Of a stretch of 27,434 nt of DNA, positions 21,532-27,434 are shown in pieces. The stretch comes from Octopus sinensis. Its lineage: Eukaryota. The translations under genes were made by a program, and so were the position numbers. The number at the start of each line of letters is the position of its first letter. The first letter of the stretch is position 1. Under the pieces are notes generated by a model. It saw nothing but the letters and a program-made list of their open reading frames with translations, ran no database searches and was not told the DNA's origin. The stretch covers positions 1-27,434 of the forward strand of contig NW_021833322.1 of NCBI RefSeq assembly GCF_006345805.1. The letters are read 5' to 3'.

Positions 21532-22249
21532 ATAATACTTAGTTAATTAATATCGTAGCAGATTTCTAACTGAAACTAATATATTAATTAAAACGTTTTT
21601 TATTTTTTTTATTTTGCATTGGCTGTTACTTGTCGGTTTTTTAACCATTCCACCCAACTAAGTATTTCAGTAATGTCACAAATTCTTTAAAGGTTGTTGT
21701 TTTTGTTCGCCCCACCCCCACCACACTATTTCTATATTCATTTTTAAAAAATATATTCGGTCTTCTACTTTTTCTCTTTTGTTCAGAAAGAAAGAAAAAA
21801 AGCCGAACGTCACCCTCTGCTTAGTTATATTATATTATGTCTTCATTTAGACCCTTTCTAAGTCACTTGTTTTTCGGGGGTTTTCTACCCGACACTAGCA
21901 ACACAACACCATACGACACGGGGCAACAGAACTACCGTTTCATAAGACAGAAAAACAAACATACATAAATATGAAACCAAACTAGTTTTTTTTCTTTTAA
22001 TTCAAGAAGAAAGAAATAATTTAGTGCTTGTTATCAAGTTAAACTAAATATCTGTCACAATTTCGTGACTTGGTTGACTAACTTAAAAGTGTAAACAACC
22101 ACAGGAAGATAAAACAAAGCACATTGTTTCTTCTTGGCTGTCTTTTTTTAAAGTAATTCTTAACATTTTTCTAATGATTATCATTATTTTCTTTTTGTTT
22201 TCCAAAATTTCCCTCTTACTCTCTAACACTTAAAGTTTCACTGATAAAC

Positions 22250-22322
22250 AGGCGGTTATGTATGTATATATATGTGTGTGTGTATGTCTATATATATATA
22301 TATTTGTGTGTGTATGTATGTG

Positions 22323-22363
<41 letters not shown>

Positions 22364-22373
22364 ATATTAGGGA

Positions 22374-22417
<44 letters not shown>

Positions 22418-22490
22418 CCCATGCCGGGTTCGATTCCCAGTATGGGAACCGATCCAAGCCATCATGGAAAACACGTTAAATGATGATGTA

Positions 22491-22541
<51 letters not shown>

Positions 22542-22613
22542 TATGTATCTACATGTATGTATGTGTTTATATATATATGTGTGTTTATAAATATATGTAT
22601 GTTCACATGTATG

Positions 22614-22658
<45 letters not shown>

Positions 22659-22830
22659 GTGTGTGTGTATAAAATGTACTCATATTGGCATGTGTATGTG
22701 TATACACGTATATATATCCTTTTATGCTACATGTATCTGTGTTTGTGTGTGTATATATATATACACACACACATGCATATTTATATGTGTGTGTGTATGA
22801 ACGCGCATACACATAGATAACGACAGACAT
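22250..22830. repeat. (TA)n/(TG)n microsatellite cluster
   Basis: Direct reading. Confidence 0.9.
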
Positions 22831-23044
22831 AGAGATATTTATGTATCACCGCGTCTGTGGCCGGTTCCGGTAACATTGGTTTTTCTCTGAGAATAAGTTT
22901 GCTTGTTCCTCGCTCAATCCTTCGCCGCTGCTTTTGCACAAAGGCACGTTATGTGTGGTCCCGAACGATCCTTGTCACAGAGCGACGAATGCAATCCCTA
23001 GAGATAACAAAAGACCGTAGCTATTTACTAAGATTATATTTATT

Positions 23045-23097
23045 AACCCTTCCAGCTTCAAAAGCTGAGTCGGCCTCGGCGGCATTTGAACTAGAGT
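23045..23097 (-). mobile_element. SINE family A fragment
   Basis: GAGTCGGCCTCGGCGGCATTTGAACTAGAG resembles the reverse complement of 1957-1981 (AAAGTCGACCTCGGCGGAATTTGAACTCA). Confidence 0.55.
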
Positions 23098-23154
23098 AGT
23101 CTCACCGATTCTCTTTGTATCACTTCCAAAGCATATTCTGTGTATTCTGTATTT

Positions 23155-23156
23155 AA

Positions 23157-23191
<35 letters not shown>

Positions 23192-23314
23192 TTGTGTATA
23201 TATATATATTTGTGTATATATTGTGTGTGTGTGTATATATATATATATGTGTGTGTGTGTGTATATATATATATATTTGTGTATATATATATGTGTGTGT
23301 GTATATAATATATA

Positions 23315-23359
<45 letters not shown>

Positions 23360-23368
23360 GTATATATA

Positions 23369-23411
<43 letters not shown>

Positions 23412-24066
23412 GTATATATTATGTGTGTGTGCATATATATATATTTGTGTATATGTATATATATATATATATATATTTGTGTATATATATATGTGTGTGT
23501 GTATATATATATATATTTGTGTATATGTATATATATATATGTGTGTGTATATATATTTGTGTGTATATGTATATATTTGTATATATGTACATGTGTGTAT
23601 ATGTATATATTTGTATATATGTACATGTGTATATATATATATATATATTTGTATATATGTACGTGTGTATATATGTATTTGTGTATATGTGTATATATGT
23701 ATTTGTATATATGTGTATATAAAAATATATATTTGTATGTACAAGTATATGTATATATATTTTTTTTTTTATATATGTATGATTATATGTATATATGTGT
23801 GCCTACATATATATATGTGTGTACATATGTATGTAAATGTGCGTATATATGTATATGTGTGTATATATGTATGTAAATGTGCGTATATGTATATATATAT
23901 TATATGTTGTATATATATATATGTACGTAATATATACATTATATATATATATAATATTTGTATGTATATATATATATATATATAATATATTTGTATGTAT
24001 ATATATATATATAATAATATATTTGTATGTATATATATATATATATATATAATATATTTGTATGTA

Positions 24067-24100
<34 letters not shown>

Positions 24101-24280
24101 ATATATATATATAATATATTTGTATGTTTATATGTGTATATATATATATTTGATTTAGTTCAGCCCATGAGATGTGGCCATGTCAGGGCACTGCCATTTG
24201 GTGTTACGTGTGTTTTACTTCACTAATTCTTTTTAGAAATTAACGTTTGGTGTATGAGGTAGTTTGATGCCGCTGCCCAG

Positions 24281-24346
<66 letters not shown>

Positions 24347-24347
24347 T

Positions 24348-24409
<62 letters not shown>

Positions 24410-24608
24410 ATGTGTATATATATATATATATTTGTATGTGTATATATATATATATATTTGTATGTATATATATATATATTTTTATGTGTATATATATATA
24501 TATATTTGTATGTGTATATATATATATATTTGTATGTGTATAATATATATATATATATTTGTATGTGTATAATATATATATATATTTGTATGTGTGTATA
24601 TATATTTG

Positions 24609-24639
<31 letters not shown>

Positions 24640-25699
24640 TTGTATGTATGTATATATATTTGTATGTATGTATATATATTTGTATGTATATATATATATT
24701 TGTATGTATGTATATATATATATATATTTGTATGTATTATATATATTTGTATGTATGTATGTATATATATATATTTTATGTATGTATATATATATATATA
24801 TATTTGTATGTATATATATATATATTTTTGTATATATATATATATATTTTTATATATATATATGTATATATATTTGTATATATATATATTTGTATGTATA
24901 TATATATTTATGTTATATATATTTGTATATATATATTTGTATATTATATTTGTATATATATATTTGTATATATATATTTGTATATATATATGTATATATA
25001 TTTGTTATATATACTTGTATATATATTTGTATATATATATATGTATATATATTTGTATATATATTTGTATATATATATATACTTGTATTTGTATATGTAT
25101 ACTTGTATATATATTTGTATTTGTATATGTATACTTGTATATATATTTGTATATATATATATACTTGTATTTGTATATGTATATATATATACTTGTATTT
25201 GTATATGTATATATATATACTTGTATTTGTATATGTATATATATATACTTGTATATATATATATGTATATATTTATACATATATATTCATACATATATAT
25301 ATTTATACATATTTGTACATGTGTATGTATGTATATGTATTTATATATGTATTTGTATATATGTGTATATATGTATTTGTATATATGTGTATATTTGTAT
25401 ATATATTTATACATATATATATATTTATACATATATATATATATTTATACATATATATATATATATTTATATATATATTTATACATATATTTATACATAT
25501 ATATATATATTTATACATATATATATATATTTATACATAAATATATATATATTTATACATATATATATATATTTATACATAATATATATATATTTACATA
25601 TATATATTTATATTTATACATATATATAATATTTTTATACATAAATATATATATATTTACATATATATATTTATACATAAACATATATATATATTATTT

Positions 25700-25753
<54 letters not shown>

Positions 25754-25755
25754 TT
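23155..25755. repeat. About 2.6 kb degenerate TA-rich micro/minisatellite array, interrupted at about 24150-24282
   Basis: Direct reading. Units include ATATATATTTGTGT, ATATATTTGTATGT, a 28-bp ACTTGTATTTGTATATGTATATATATAT x3 (25163-25246) and ATATATATTTATACAT. Confidence 0.97.
24158..24200 (-). mobile_element. SINE family B variant, 3'-end fragment inside the TA array
   Basis: The reverse complement GGCAGTGCCCTGACATGGCCACATCTCATGGGCTGAAC resembles 3817-3856. Confidence 0.55.
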
Positions 25756-25975
25756 ATGGATACGCACGCGCGCACACTCCAGTGTGTGTGTTGTACGGTA
25801 ACAAAGTTGTTAAGAGTCTGAATATATTTTATATACGACAAATATTTAATAAGTCAGTACTACGTTGTGTAAATGGGATTGATAAATTTATCCTAAATTT
25901 TTATCTCTACTCTGAGTTTTTGCCCATATGTATGCGAGTGGATATGTTTGCAAACATCTACGCAATACTTGTTTG

Positions 25976-26006
<31 letters not shown>

Positions 26007-26318
26007 TGGTTCCTGGCACAGCTCCAATGCGTTGCTCCTTGTGCAAGTGTCTTCTACTATATAGCTCCGGGCTGACCAAAGCCCTGTGAGTAAATATGGT
26101 AGACGGGAAACTGAAAGAAGGCTCGTCATATACTATATGTGTGTGTGTCTGTGTTTGTTCCCGCGCCGTCACTTGACACCGGTGATGGTGTGGTTACGTC
26201 CGCGTAACTTAGCTGCTCGGCATAAGAGACCTATAGAACAAGTCCTGGTGTCTGTTTCTTCGACTAAGGCCGGTGCTCCAGCATGGCCGCAGTCAATTGA
26301 CTGAAGCAAGTAAAGAAT
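26007..26318 (+). mobile_element. SINE family B, moderately diverged, head partly lost
   Basis: CCTTGTGCAAGTGTCTTCTACTATAG (CORE-like), GACCAAAGCCCTGTGAGT, GAAACTGAAAGAAGG and GGTGCTCCAGCATGGCCGCAGTCAATTGACTGAAGCAAGTAAAGA. Confidence 0.88.
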
Positions 26319-26344
26319 ATTATATATATATATTATATATATAC

Positions 26345-26380
<36 letters not shown>

Positions 26381-26914
26381 CACATATATATATATATATT
26401 ATATATAATATACATACATATAATTTTATATATACATATATATTTATATGTATATAGACATACGTACACATGCATTGTTTTTCATTCTTATGGAACTCCA
26501 GGAAAACTTCGGACTCCATTCGCAGGGCCACTGTATTAAAAAAATATTTCTCTCTGGTTGTTGTATTACGATATTTATAAATTCTTGTATACACACACAC
26601 ACTCCCACAAACACACACACACACAAAGATATGAATATTTAAAACAAAGTTTCGTTAGCGCTTATAACTTACACATCATCATAATCATCCTGTACATCAT
26701 TTATTTCTATATAATAGTGTCTCACGCACCTACACCTCTTTAGTTCTCTCAATTGTTTTAAAGATAAAAGGTTTTTGGAATTAAAGCGAAAATCAAAAAT
26801 TCTGATAAATCTCTACTATTAACTTTTTGTGAAATTGTTCAATTGGTTAATTTCCGTTTTAGGTAAATTTCTTCCATATCTGATTCTAAACTACAAACAA
26901 GTTACTTGAACGAA

Positions 26915-27020
26915 ACGACATCATTATTATTATTATCATTATTATTATTATTATTTATTAATCATTATTATTATTATTACTACTACTACCACCATCATCA
27001 TCTTCATCGCTGTCATCATT
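26915..27020. repeat. (TAT)n/(TAC)n/(CAT)n trinucleotide tract
   Basis: Direct reading. Confidence 0.85.
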
Positions 27021-27434
27021 TCGTAGTCAAACGGATTTCTTTAGTGGAGGAAAATATATGACTCAAGTCAAATTTATAAGAAAGATTCTATGATTCACCT
27101 TTAGTTTTCCTTTCACGTATTTTGTTAGTCGAGTGGACGCATGATCAGTGATATTCCAAATGTGACCATTCCGATTTTTTTTTTAATCCAGGGTTTTTTT
27201 AAACGTTTTTTGTGTGGTTTAGCCTCTATTTATAGCCAGTCAAATAACCGCTAGGATCATGGGTATAACTCTAAGAGATAAACTTTGCTTATTATATTTG
27301 TCTTATTCATATTTATGATGATGATCATCGTATAACTGAGTTCAAGGCTTAATATTAGCTCTTTGTTTACCCAAGTGTATATAACGTATTATACGCGTGT
27401 ATCTATTTATTTATTTATGTATGTATATATATAC

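Noticed and set aside
21023-25246. CRISPR-like or prokaryotic repeats (34-bp and 28-bp units)
   Set aside because: They are directly tandem with no spacers, in a eukaryotic intron.
23091-26075. Very long ORFs of 130-493 aa rich in Y, I, V and C
   Set aside because: They are translations of TA/TG repeats, which lack stop codons in several frames. There is no protein-like complexity.

Overview
Eukaryotic, AT-rich, microsatellite-dense DNA. The tRNA-derived SINE families resemble those I recall from octopus genomes, so the source is probably an octopod cephalopod (inference). The only protein-coding sequence I can support is the 5' end of a TCF/LEF (pangolin/TCF7L2-like) gene on the + strand. 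Exon 1 (9266-9409) encodes the beta-catenin-binding domain, exon 2 (9893-9968) is 76 nt, and a large intron 2 runs off the right end with no recognisable exon 3 or HMG box. The rest consists of two SINE families (about 15 copies or fragments), a third short dispersed repeat that carries a TCF-type motif, simple repeats and a 2.6 kb degenerate TA array. All long ORFs in the track apart from TCF exon 1 are simple-repeat artefacts. The most interesting unverified signals are: two routes to beta-catenin-blind TCF isoforms (an upstream mini-exon and an intronic two-exon chain, both phase-compatible), a possible divergent antisense first exon with a purine/pyrimidine strand flip at the promoter, and candidate autoregulatory TCF sites.
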